Part shown: one piece after another, positions 27,583-36,316 of the stretch
Position numbering within the stretch: the stretch's first letter is position 1
Layout: every line of letters begins with the position of its first letter
Assembly (NCBI GenBank): GCA_964571525.1
Contig: CAZNBY010000001.1
Location: 90,329 to 154,328 of the forward strand
Direction of reading: 5' to 3'
Length of the DNA stretch: 64,000 nt
Source: an uncultured Planctomycetota bacterium
Lineage (GTDB): Bacteria; Planctomycetota; B143-G9
Made by a program: the position numbers and the translations under genes
The notes under the pieces: model-generated
Told to the model about the DNA's origin: nothing
Database searches by the model: none
Seen by the model: only the letters and a program-made list of their open reading frames with translations

Positions 27583-28356
27583 ATGGCACAGAAGATCACG
27601 ATCGCCAATCAAAAGGGTGGAGTCGGCAAAACGACCACCGCGATTAACCTCGCTGCAGGTTTTGCTCTTGCTGGTCAAAAGGTCTTACTTATTGACCTCG
27701 ACCCGCAGGGAAACGCCTCTTCAGGGCTTGGGTCGTCGAAATCGCAAGCTGAATACAGCTCTGCGACAATCTTCACATTGCCCGAAGCCGCTGCTAACTT
27801 GCCGATGCAGACCGAAACGCCTAATCTCTTCATTATTGAAGGTTCGCTTGCCCTGCTTGAACTTGAATCCCGACTCGCTAACGAGCCTGACAAGTACATG
27901 CGCATGCGACTCGCGTGCGAGATCATTGATGAGCAATTTTCCGTAATTGTTATTGATTGTCCACCATCTCTTGGCCTTCTGACTCTTAACGCACTTAATG
28001 CGAGCGACAGGCTTATAATCCCCATCCAGTGCGAATATTTCTCGATGGAGGGTCTAACCCAGATTCTAAAGGTTACAAAAGAGATTCGGGCAGAATCCAA
28101 CCCTTACCTTGAGCTTGGCGGCATATTGTTCACAATGTACTCGCCCGGCATCCGCCTTGCTGAAGAAGTTCGCGACGAGGTGTTAAAGCACTTTCAACGC
28201 GATGTGTATTCAGCCGTCATCGCCCGGGATATCGCTCTCAGCGAGGCGCAAAGCTTCGCAAAGTCAATTTACGAATACGCGCCGCGCTCGATTGGCGCAA
28301 GAAACTATGTCGAACTCTCGCGGGAGGTTATGAAGCAATGGCAAATCGGAGTTTAG
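27583..28356 (+). CDS. parA: Chromosome partitioning ATPase ParA/Soj
   Basis: Deviant Walker A KGGVGKTT; GGAGA RBS. Confidence 0.9.
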   Translation: MAQKITIANQKGGVGKTTTAINLAAGFALAGQKVLLIDLDPQGNASSGLGSSKSQAEYSSATIFTLPEAAANLPMQTETPNLFIIEGSLALLELESRLANEPDKYMRMRLACEIIDEQFSVIVIDCPPSLGLLTLNALNASDRLIIPIQCEYFSMEGLTQILKVTKEIRAESNPYLELGGILFTMYSPGIRLAEEVRDEVLKHFQRDVYSAVIARDIALSEAQSFAKSIYEYAPRSIGARNYVELSREVMKQWQIGV

Positions 28357-29219
28357 GCCGCGGTTTCAGCTCGCTGCTGAACAACACGACAAATCAGCCA
28401 ATGACTACCAAGCGGCTCGCACTGTCGGTGGAGATTCCGCTTGACAGGATATCGCCAAATCCATACCAGCCACGCCGAGAATTCGACGAAGATTCATTGC
28501 TCGACCTTGCAAAGAGCATTGAGCAAGATGGCGTCCTTTCACCGGTAATTGTCAAGAGGCATAACGACTCTTACATACTCGTCGCGGGTGAGCGCCGCTT
28601 CCGTGCCGCCCAATTGGCCGGTCTTACGCGAATACCCGCAATTGTGCGCGATGTTACAGAACGCGAGATGCTCGAGCTTTCCATAATTGAAAACATACAG
28701 CGTGAAGACCTGAATCCTCTTGATAAGGCCATTGCTTACAACGATCTGCTAACAAAATTCAGCATGACACAGGAACAGGTCGCCGAGCGGGTCGGGCAGA
28801 AGCGCTCGACCGTCGCAAACTTCATCCGCCTTCTCAACCTGCCGGAATATGTGCAACAAGCGCTGCGCGAGGAAAAGATCTCGATGGGGCACGCCCGTGC
28901 TATCCTCTCATGCCAAGATGCTGACCGTCAAGCCCAACTATGCAAAATGGCAATTGAAGAAGACATGTCGGTGAGGCAGGTCGAAAAGCTCTCTGGCATC
29001 GCTCAGGCATCGCCCGCGCAATTGGTCGAGAAGACTGAACCTGCGCCAAAACCTCCAGCAGAGCAGGGCATCGCTGAGGTTGAGGACTTTTTGCGCCGCT
29101 TCTTTGGCACAAAGGTAACTCTGAAGCATAACAAGGGGCGCGGCAAGATTGTTATTGACTACTTCAGCGTTGACGATCTGAACCGCATACTCGCGATCCT
29201 CGAATCTACCAACAAATAA
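28338..29219 (+). CDS. parB: Chromosome partitioning protein ParB/Spo0J
   Basis: ParB motifs (GLGRG-like N-terminus, GERRFRAA, ENIQREDLNPLD), HTH; overlaps parA by 19 bp. Confidence 0.9.
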   Translation: MANRSLGRGFSSLLNNTTNQPMTTKRLALSVEIPLDRISPNPYQPRREFDEDSLLDLAKSIEQDGVLSPVIVKRHNDSYILVAGERRFRAAQLAGLTRIPAIVRDVTEREMLELSIIENIQREDLNPLDKAIAYNDLLTKFSMTQEQVAERVGQKRSTVANFIRLLNLPEYVQQALREEKISMGHARAILSCQDADRQAQLCKMAIEEDMSVRQVEKLSGIAQASPAQLVEKTEPAPKPPAEQGIAEVEDFLRRFFGTKVTLKHNKGRGKIVIDYFSVDDLNRILAILESTNK

Positions 29220-29250
29220 AAAACGCGCACTCGCCAAAACGGGTGCGCGA
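29214..29250 (-). terminator. Terminator downstream of the TPR gene (hairpin + U-run on minus strand)
   Basis: CGCGCAC-N12-GTGCGCG stem, followed on minus strand by TTTTTTATTTG. Confidence 0.45.
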
Positions 29251-29266
29251 TACAAACTGACCTTAT

Positions 29267-30097
29267 TTAGAGACGGTGCTTCGCCTCGTCAAGCTCCTTT
29301 AACCATACCGACACATATTCTTCGTGCAGATAATCCCTTGTATAATGTATATATCTATTATAATTTATCTCTGCGTTAATAATCAAAAACTGCAACTGCT
29401 CGCGATCAGCCGATGCATCTGCTCGTGATTCAATCCACTCCTCCCTAAACCGATTTCCCAATAAGTAATAGATGTGCGCATCGTCTGGCGCTATATCGAG
29501 AGCTTCGCGAAGATAACGTTCCGCTTCAGGGTACTTTCGAAGCCTGATAAGCGAACTGCCAAGGTTCGAAAGAACCTCCACATCCTGTGGTGCGAGCTTA
29601 TACGCCTTTTGAAAGACTTTAAGAGACTGTACAAATCTGCCCGTCTTGCGAAGTGTTGCGCCGAAGTTGTTCAATAGCCTGACATCGTCAGGTGCAATCG
29701 AGACCGCATGTTCAAAGGTCTTAAGGGCCGCAATGTAGTTCCCGTCTATCGTCTCAACAAGCGCAAGATGGCAAAGCGCGTCAATATGATCTGGTTTTGT
29801 CTCAATTACCTTGCTTAGAACCTGCCGAGCGCCTGAAAGATCTCCCGTGTGCATAAGGGCGTAACCGTAGTTGCACGCTATGTCGGTATTCTCTGGCTCT
29901 TGCCCGTATGCTTCGCGAAGAAGGTCAAGCGCACGATCAGGCTCGTCGTCTTCAAGGTAAAGACATGCGAGGTTGTTCAATATCTTTGGGTCGTTAGGAA
30001 ACTCAGATAGACCGTCGGCAAGCAGCTCAAGCGCTGCATTGCGGTCGCCGTTTGTAAGAAGTTGCGCGGCTTGTTCGAGTATCTTTTCGGGGATCAT
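29267..30097 (-). CDS. TPR repeat protein
   Basis: Repeated TPR-like 34-residue helical motifs (ALDLLREAYGQEP, ALKTFEHAVSIAP, etc.). Confidence 0.8.
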   Translation of the reverse strand: MIPEKILEQAAQLLTNGDRNAALELLADGLSEFPNDPKILNNLACLYLEDDEPDRALDLLREAYGQEPENTDIACNYGYALMHTGDLSGARQVLSKVIETKPDHIDALCHLALVETIDGNYIAALKTFEHAVSIAPDDVRLLNNFGATLRKTGRFVQSLKVFQKAYKLAPQDVEVLSNLGSSLIRLRKYPEAERYLREALDIAPDDAHIYYLLGNRFREEWIESRADASADREQLQFLIINAEINYNRYIHYTRDYLHEEYVSVWLKELDEAKHRL

Positions 30098-30120
30098 CTT
30101 CCCGCCTTTCAGACCGCTGA

Positions 30121-30148
30121 ATTATATCCCTTAAAAACTTATGTCAAC
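30121..30148 (-). promoter_or_regulatory. Sigma-70-type promoter for TPR gene (TTGACA-N15-TATAAT)
   Basis: Minus-strand TTGACA 30143-30148 and TATAAT 30121-30126; spacer is short (15). Confidence 0.4.
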
Positions 30149-30185
30149 AAGTCTCTTCAAAACGGAGTGTTTTCAACTCTGTATG

Positions 30186-30587
30186 TCAGGTACTTCGCTT
30201 GTCTCGCCGCTTGGTCGTCAACTTTTTGAAGAACGACGATGAGTTCAGCCTTCGCGTGTCGGCTTCATTGTTGATACTCTGAACATACGCCTCGATCTCA
30301 CCTAAATCGCCAGACTCTAAACGAAGTTGAATGCTTCGGCAGTGGTCGTAAAAGCCCTCGTGCAGAATCACCTCAACACGGGTGTCAGTGTCAAGCTCAA
30401 GCAGCACCCAGCCATCCGTGGTCGGAAGACACTGCCCCTGCACGACAAATCCCCGCTTGTCGAGCGTAACTTTCTTTGTGATCACGCGAACCTTTGCCAA
30501 GCATCCTCCGTCTAACCGTCGAGGAAATAGGCTACAATCGTTTCGATAAGGCGAAAATCGGGTAAACTTGCCGATTATCGCGCACAT
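30186..30587 (-). CDS. Hypothetical small protein
   Basis: ORF only; no convincing family motif (PilZ considered, motifs do not fit). Confidence 0.3.
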   Translation of the reverse strand: MCAIIGKFTRFSPYRNDCSLFPRRLDGGCLAKVRVITKKVTLDKRGFVVQGQCLPTTDGWVLLELDTDTRVEVILHEGFYDHCRSIQLRLESGDLGEIEAYVQSINNEADTRRLNSSSFFKKLTTKRRDKRST

Positions 30588-30681
30588 GTCGCGAAAAGCA
30601 CCGACTTCTCTTAATTATACGCGACCTTCAGACTTCCGCAAAGCGTATTGCCCTATTTGGCGACTTTGCGCGGGAGATTCG

Positions 30682-31566
30682 ATGAGATACCTAATTTTGC
30701 GGCTTAACTATCTTCCCATATTCGACACCGAGCGATGGCCTTTACGCGAGTTTTTAAGCCGTTTTTTCGGCGTCGCCGCGGTCTTGGCGGTGTGTATTCG
30801 CACCGTGCTCGCCAACAAAGATTACATAAATAATGTGCTGCTGAAGCAATCTACTTTTTTCGTCCCGCTCTGGCAAAAAGTCACCGGCTCTGCAAGCGCA
30901 CCTGCCGAATCGAGCCTCCCCATTACGCATGAGGGTGGCCTTAGCATGAACTACTACGATTTCAGGCTCCTTGCGTTTGCACTTACTCTTGCGATATTCC
31001 TCGGCTACATAATCGCGTTTCTCACAAGATCCGATACGAAATCTGCGCCGCGCGGTTTCATGGAAGTTGTGTTTCCTTTCATTATCGCTGGTATTCCGTT
31101 TTCTTTCGGCATGTTTCGGCCCACATTCGACATCTGGTGCCCTGCAACCGTATCACTTGGGTTTATGACCTTATCTAAAACACATATATTGCTTATTTTG
31201 ATGTCAATATCCGCTCTTGGAGCCTTGCTCAACTTGATAGGCCTGTTGACTCTTCGCCGCGGGTTCACGATAATGACTGATGCTCGTGCTTTAATCACGG
31301 CAGGTCCTTTCAGGTTCGTGCGCCATCCGCTCTATGCAGGCCATTTCTTAGAATTCTTCGGCATCATGATGCTTGTGTTCAACTACTACACCGCGGCTCT
31401 ATATGTCATCTTCATTGCAGGGCAGTATGTGCGCGCCCGAAATGAAGAAAAGAAGCTCGCATTGGTCTTTCCAGAATACGAGGATTACAAGTCGCGTACC
31501 GGTATGTTCTTTCCCAAATTATTCCGCGGCAAGAAGGCAGATAAGCCAACCGCCGAAATATCTTGA
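30682..31566 (+). CDS. Membrane methyltransferase, isoprenylcysteine carboxyl methyltransferase (ICMT)/PEMT-like family
   Basis: Start ATG 30682 (GGGAG RBS); C-terminal signature RFVRHPLYAG...EE..L...FPEYEDYKSRT; multiple TM helices. Confidence 0.65.
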   Translation: MRYLILRLNYLPIFDTERWPLREFLSRFFGVAAVLAVCIRTVLANKDYINNVLLKQSTFFVPLWQKVTGSASAPAESSLPITHEGGLSMNYYDFRLLAFALTLAIFLGYIIAFLTRSDTKSAPRGFMEVVFPFIIAGIPFSFGMFRPTFDIWCPATVSLGFMTLSKTHILLILMSISALGALLNLIGLLTLRRGFTIMTDARALITAGPFRFVRHPLYAGHFLEFFGIMMLVFNYYTAALYVIFIAGQYVRARNEEKKLALVFPEYEDYKSRTGMFFPKLFRGKKADKPTAEIS

Positions 31567-31580
31567 TTGGAGGCTGTTTC

Positions 31581-33389
31581 ATGTTCAAACGGGCATCCCT
31601 TTTGTGTGTTATCTTTCTTACTCTATCTCTCTTCGTCTCAGCCGCCGAACTAAAGCAGACATGGTCGGATGGCGACAGCGCGTTCTCCAACGGCGCAGCG
31701 CTTATTGGGCTTGATATCAGCCCAGACCGTTCGAAGATATATACCCTTGACGAAAGCCATCTGCGCGAATGGGAAGCCGCAACAGGTCGCTGCACAAGGT
31801 CACTTAAGATCGAATACGCTCTTATCGGTCCAAGGCTTTCAACCGACGGTTCGCGAATTCTTATCGGCACCGTTCCCAAACTGTATGTGTTAGAGACAAA
31901 GACCTTTCGTCAGGAATACGCACATGAGTTTCCGCAGGATATTCCCGGCGCGTTCGTTTGTGACGGTAATAAAATCGTGGTTGGCACAAAAGGCGGAAAG
32001 CTCTGGAAGGGTATTGTGAATAACCTTGGTTCTTGGGAAATGGCCGAGCCAGATCGTGAATGGGAGCAACCCATCACATGGATCGCTCGTTCGAACGACG
32101 GCAAACTCGCTGTGAGCTGTGCCGACGCAATTCGGATTTACGATTCATCGCTTGCGCTCAAATGGGAGAAACTCGCCCCCACAACGGGCATCTTCGCATC
32201 GCACTTTTTACAGGGCAAAAACAAACAGTGGTTAGCTGTAACCTCGGTAAAACAGACATTTTTCTTCGATCCCGATACAGGTGAGTCGCGTTCTGAAATC
32301 ACCAACGAGGCGCAGATTATGAGCTCTGCCGCATTTAACTCGAAGCTCGCTTTGGGCGGTCGAGGCCAGAAGATGGTCATATACGATGTCTCTGAACCGA
32401 TACTCGACAGCACAGAATTCTCAACCGAATCCATCATATATGCGGTTTGCTGGTTAGGCGCGTCGGAGTTGGCGGGCTTCTCGTTAACTGGCGACTGGTA
32501 CAAATGGGAGAGCAGGGGGCGCAAGATAGGCGGCCCGACCGATAACGGTGGCGCGGTCTCTTGCGTATCATTTGGCTCTCTGACTGGCGCGAGTGGATGG
32601 GTGGCAATATCTCGCGAGCGCGGAATAAAGGTCTTTAGTTGGCCAAGCGGAGATGCGTTGAAGTCGCCCGAAGGTTATAAGCGTTGCGCCTTGCGTCTGC
32701 GTGATGGCGGAAGCGGTAAGATGATCGCTTTATATGCTGACCGTTCTCTGGCGATTTTTGATGTGGAAAGGGGCGTTGAGCTTGGCCTTTACAAGCTTGC
32801 CTCCATCCCAATTGACGCATATCTCGACTCAGACGGCAAGCCTGTCTATCTATCGCGAAAGGGCGAGCTTATCAAGGTGACATCTGGCGAAAACAAGGAT
32901 GAGGTGGTGGAAGAAATCATTAAGATGCCGTCGTACCGTTATTGGGCTATTGCTCGCGCCGATCGTTTATTGCTTGCATCAAAACCATCTCATGACATCG
33001 TGCTTGTCAATATGGACGATGCATCAACAATACTACTCGGTGCTCATTTTTCACTTGAGGGCGCTCCCTTCGCACTATCGGCAATTGACGCAAAGGGCGA
33101 TACGGTTGCTTCTGTCGCTCGCAACTCGCTTATGTTTTGGTCGAAGAAATCCCGATCTGCGATATCGAGCATGATAACCTTTGAAAAGGATCTGCGCGAT
33201 GTTCAGGTTCTTGATGAAAAAAGGGCTGCAGTAGGGTTTAACGACGGAGGCATTGCAGTTGTAAACCGCAGTGGCGCGGTGGAGGCAGAGTACACAGGCA
33301 GTTCTCCAATAATGTCGCTTGCCTGCACCGGTAACGGCGTTTTAGCCGGACTTCGGGACGGCGCAGCGCTGTTTTTCGAAATCAAATAA
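31581..33389 (+). CDS. Secreted beta-propeller (WD40/PQQ-like) repeat protein
   Basis: ATG 31581 with GGAGG RBS, signal peptide; repetitive beta-strand-rich sequence. Confidence 0.45.
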   Translation: MFKRASLLCVIFLTLSLFVSAAELKQTWSDGDSAFSNGAALIGLDISPDRSKIYTLDESHLREWEAATGRCTRSLKIEYALIGPRLSTDGSRILIGTVPKLYVLETKTFRQEYAHEFPQDIPGAFVCDGNKIVVGTKGGKLWKGIVNNLGSWEMAEPDREWEQPITWIARSNDGKLAVSCADAIRIYDSSLALKWEKLAPTTGIFASHFLQGKNKQWLAVTSVKQTFFFDPDTGESRSEITNEAQIMSSAAFNSKLALGGRGQKMVIYDVSEPILDSTEFSTESIIYAVCWLGASELAGFSLTGDWYKWESRGRKIGGPTDNGGAVSCVSFGSLTGASGWVAISRERGIKVFSWPSGDALKSPEGYKRCALRLRDGGSGKMIALYADRSLAIFDVERGVELGLYKLASIPIDAYLDSDGKPVYLSRKGELIKVTSGENKDEVVEEIIKMPSYRYWAIARADRLLLASKPSHDIVLVNMDDASTILLGAHFSLEGAPFALSAIDAKGDTVASVARNSLMFWSKKSRSAISSMITFEKDLRDVQVLDEKRAAVGFNDGGIAVVNRSGAVEAEYTGSSPIMSLACTGNGVLAGLRDGAALFFEIK

Positions 33390-34099
33390 TGGTTGAAGTC
33401 GAAATACTTGAAAGTGGTAACTGGCGCATTCTGCTCCTAAACGAGCCAAAGCGGAGAAATCCGATCTCTTCGCATGTCGAGGAGGTTCTTCGTAGCGAGT
33501 TTGAGTATTGCAGACTAAGCAACTTGGATTTCGCCCTTGCGGGCAACGGCCCTGCCTTTTCGAGCGGAGCCGATTTGCGTGAATTAGCTGTTTTAGACGA
33601 GGTTTCTGCATACAACCGTTCTATAAAGGCTCAAAAACTTCTGTTAGAAATTGCCAATTCGAGCGTTCGTTCGCTTGCGGTAGTCTGCGGAGCCTGCCTT
33701 GGCAAGGGATTTGAGTTAATTCTCTCGTTCAAGGTCGTTGCTGCAAGCCCAGAAGCATGGTTTCAGTTCCCCGAGCACCAGTTAGGTTTCGAACCAGGCT
33801 CTGGTGGTTTGAAGCTGTTAGAAAGGCGATGTGGTAAAGAAGCTGCGTTTCGAATGTTCGCTGATTCATCTCGGCTATCCGCAGCCAACGCGGCCAACTT
33901 GGGCATTGTTGATGTTCTAATTGAAAGCTGTCCGACTTCGATTGACGCTGTTTTGTTGGATAAGATCTACGCAAAAGCAAATCCATGCAACCTAATGCCA
34001 GCACCCGACTTTCCCGACGAAACTCTTGCCCGCAAATATGCAACTGACATTTGTTCTCAAGCAGCAAAACAGGCGATAACAAACAGGCTTACGCAATAA
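33389..34099 (+). CDS. Enoyl-CoA hydratase/isomerase (crotonase) superfamily protein
   Basis: Oxyanion-hole motifs AFSSGADLRE and GACLGKGFEL; TAATG overlap with upstream gene. Confidence 0.65.
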   Translation: MVEVEILESGNWRILLLNEPKRRNPISSHVEEVLRSEFEYCRLSNLDFALAGNGPAFSSGADLRELAVLDEVSAYNRSIKAQKLLLEIANSSVRSLAVVCGACLGKGFELILSFKVVAASPEAWFQFPEHQLGFEPGSGGLKLLERRCGKEAAFRMFADSSRLSAANAANLGIVDVLIESCPTSIDAVLLDKIYAKANPCNLMPAPDFPDETLARKYATDICSQAAKQAITNRLTQ

Positions 34100-34112
34100 G
34101 CAGACCGCGCCG

Positions 34113-34143
34113 ATAATAAAATGGGGAGGTTTGCACCTCCCCA
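34113..34143 (-). terminator. Terminator (bidirectional-capable) after the HtrA-like gene cluster
   Basis: TGGGGAGGT-TTGC-ACCTCCCCA 9-bp stem, followed on minus strand by TTTTATTATC. Confidence 0.6.
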
Positions 34144-34165
34144 TTGAAGCTTTAAAGAAACAACC

Positions 34166-36295
34166 TTAATCGTAGTTAACAACCATCTTCACAAAGTCGT
34201 TGGCCATTGTGCCAAGCCCGGCAATAGACCTGCGCTTTCCTTCGATTAAGAAGCTCTTTTTGCGCGTTGCGTCAAGGTTCTTATAAGTCGAGTTAAAGGA
34301 GTTCACATTCTGAATTCCTTTCGAATCAACTGATACAATCACAAATCCGGGTGTGATATAGGCCCTTTCGGCGGCAGAATTCTCCATCACCGCGATGACC
34401 TTGACACCAAGCCCTTCAGGCAGACCATACTGTAATGACTCTGTCTTTGAAAGCGGAGATACAACCAATCCCCAACGCTCTGCGACGACAATTTCGTCAA
34501 CGCTCTTCGGTTGGGGCGCGGTCTTAATCTTCACTTTGCGCTTCCCCTCGCCGGTGTTTTCCTTCACATATAAGGTCAGCTCCGTATTGATAGGTAAAGA
34601 GGCAAAGATGTGATAGATGATGCCGAGGTCTGGTGAATTACGGCAGTTTATTGGCTTCTGAACGGTATTTTCTCCATCTGTGTATTCAATCTGATAAATC
34701 AACTGACCAGGCTTGATGTCTGTGCTGGAAGCAGGTGAGTCTGCGTCTATTCCTGCAATTGCAACGCCTTTTTCTGTGGCTGGAAGCTCAAGGCTCTTAA
34801 GTGAATCAAAGATGATTCCAGTGTATGAGCGGTTGACTTTGCCGTATTTGCGGATCGAATTAGCTATCTCGCGAACATAGTTCGAATGAATCGCAAAGAA
34901 CAAGCCTTCATAGTCTGTTAATCCAAACGCTCTGTGCAATCCCGCAACACAAACGCCAACAACCTTGCCGTCAAGATCAACCAGCGGCCCACCGGTGCTG
35001 CCCCAGTTTATGGGTGCATCGGTCTGGAAAAACTGGTGATAGAAACCGCTGGATTCACCTGTGCGAACCTGATACACCGTGTAACGATCAGGGCATGAAA
35101 GAATGCCAAGCGCAACCGAATTTGCCCTGCCGTTCGGTGACCCAACGCTTAACACCGTTTGTGCGACATTCTCTTTCGCTGCGTCTGAATCAGCCCACTC
35201 TACATCGTAAAGCACCTGATTATGAGCCTTCAACAGAGCCTGATCGAGCAAGAGCACCGCAATATTCGATGGTACATCAGGCTTGCCGATTACCTTTGCG
35301 GGGTACACGCTTTTATCGTGTAACATGACGCGGATCGAACGAGCGCCTGCGATGTTCTCATAGCATGTTACGACATAACCTTCAATGCCGAGTGAACCTT
35401 CCGGCTTGAAGATGAATCCAGATCCATAATACTCGATGCGTTTTGGGCGGCCACGCTCGAATACATCAATGTCGGCAATAACCGTCACAGTGCCCTTAAC
35501 AGCGCGCTCCGACGCGGTAGAGTACTTCTTCTGAACGCCTCGATATATTGTCTCTTGATCAACCTTGCCAAGCATTCCAGCAGCGATCAGTTTATCCTTC
35601 AATATTTTCGACACTTCCTCTGCTGTCTTCTGATAGGTACGAACATTGGATTCTACTGCATCGCTTTTAACTGTGCCGCCCATCATGTTCAACACAAAAT
35701 AGCCGCCTACGATAAGCGCGATAAAGACGATAAAGTTGAGAATCAATGCGACCCCAAAGAACGAAGGAGCCTTTGCCAGTGCCTCACGCTTGCGCTGTGC
35801 ATAGTCAACTTTGCCAACAAGCACGCCTTCGGGAATGTCTTCAACGACATCTTCAGGTTCTTCCTCGACAACAGGCTCTTCGATAGGAGCTGGAGTTCTT
35901 CTGCGCGACTGCTCAGGTGCTTCTTCTCTTCGCGCTCTTGCTGGAGGAGGTTCCTCCGGTTCCGGTTCTGGTCTGCCACGCCTCGACCTGATTGGGGGCC
36001 CTTCCTCAACCATGGGTTCGGGGGTATAGTCATCCTCAACCGGCGCAGGAATCGGCACTGCTGGTTCCGGTATGCGCGAACGGGCAGGGCGTTCTTCAGC
36101 AATTGGGCGCGGCGTTTCTGCGCGCGGAGTTTCACGCCGTTGGGGAATCGGGGTAGGTATCGGAGGTGGTGCGACAACAGGTTCATCTGCAACAGTCAGT
36201 ATCCCACCGCATTTCTTACAGCGAATCTTCGATCCGACTGGAAATTTCTCGACATTAAACTTTGCGCCACAAGAGCATTCTTGAATTCTTGCCAT
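34166..36295 (-). CDS. HtrA/DegP-like pseudo-protease with N-terminal MJ0042-type zinc ribbon, Pro/Glu-rich linker, TM helix and PDZ domain
   Basis: Zn ribbon MARIQECSCGAKFNVEKFPVGSKIRCKKCGGILTV; TM; trypsin-fold core aligns to gene 38038-39759 but His->Glu (VVTCYENI), Asp->Asn (SNIAVLLL), Ser->Thr (WGSTGGPLV). Confidence 0.7.
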   Translation of the reverse strand: MARIQECSCGAKFNVEKFPVGSKIRCKKCGGILTVADEPVVAPPPIPTPIPQRRETPRAETPRPIAEERPARSRIPEPAVPIPAPVEDDYTPEPMVEEGPPIRSRRGRPEPEPEEPPPARARREEAPEQSRRRTPAPIEEPVVEEEPEDVVEDIPEGVLVGKVDYAQRKREALAKAPSFFGVALILNFIVFIALIVGGYFVLNMMGGTVKSDAVESNVRTYQKTAEEVSKILKDKLIAAGMLGKVDQETIYRGVQKKYSTASERAVKGTVTVIADIDVFERGRPKRIEYYGSGFIFKPEGSLGIEGYVVTCYENIAGARSIRVMLHDKSVYPAKVIGKPDVPSNIAVLLLDQALLKAHNQVLYDVEWADSDAAKENVAQTVLSVGSPNGRANSVALGILSCPDRYTVYQVRTGESSGFYHQFFQTDAPINWGSTGGPLVDLDGKVVGVCVAGLHRAFGLTDYEGLFFAIHSNYVREIANSIRKYGKVNRSYTGIIFDSLKSLELPATEKGVAIAGIDADSPASSTDIKPGQLIYQIEYTDGENTVQKPINCRNSPDLGIIYHIFASLPINTELTLYVKENTGEGKRKVKIKTAPQPKSVDEIVVAERWGLVVSPLSKTESLQYGLPEGLGVKVIAVMENSAAERAYITPGFVIVSVDSKGIQNVNSFNSTYKNLDATRKKSFLIEGKRRSIAGLGTMANDFVKMVVNYD

Positions 36296-36316
36296 GTGTA
36301 ATCCCCTTAATTCGGG

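Noticed and set aside
27530-27946. 138-aa ORF overlapping parA in another frame
   Set aside because: parA frame has unmistakable Walker-A/ParA motifs; the overlapping frame is Arg/Ser/Leu-rich noise.
30568-30681. Upstream extension of the methyltransferase ORF (track start 30568)
   Set aside because: Would overlap the divergent gene 30186-30587; ATG 30682 has a GGGAG RBS and begins the conserved region.
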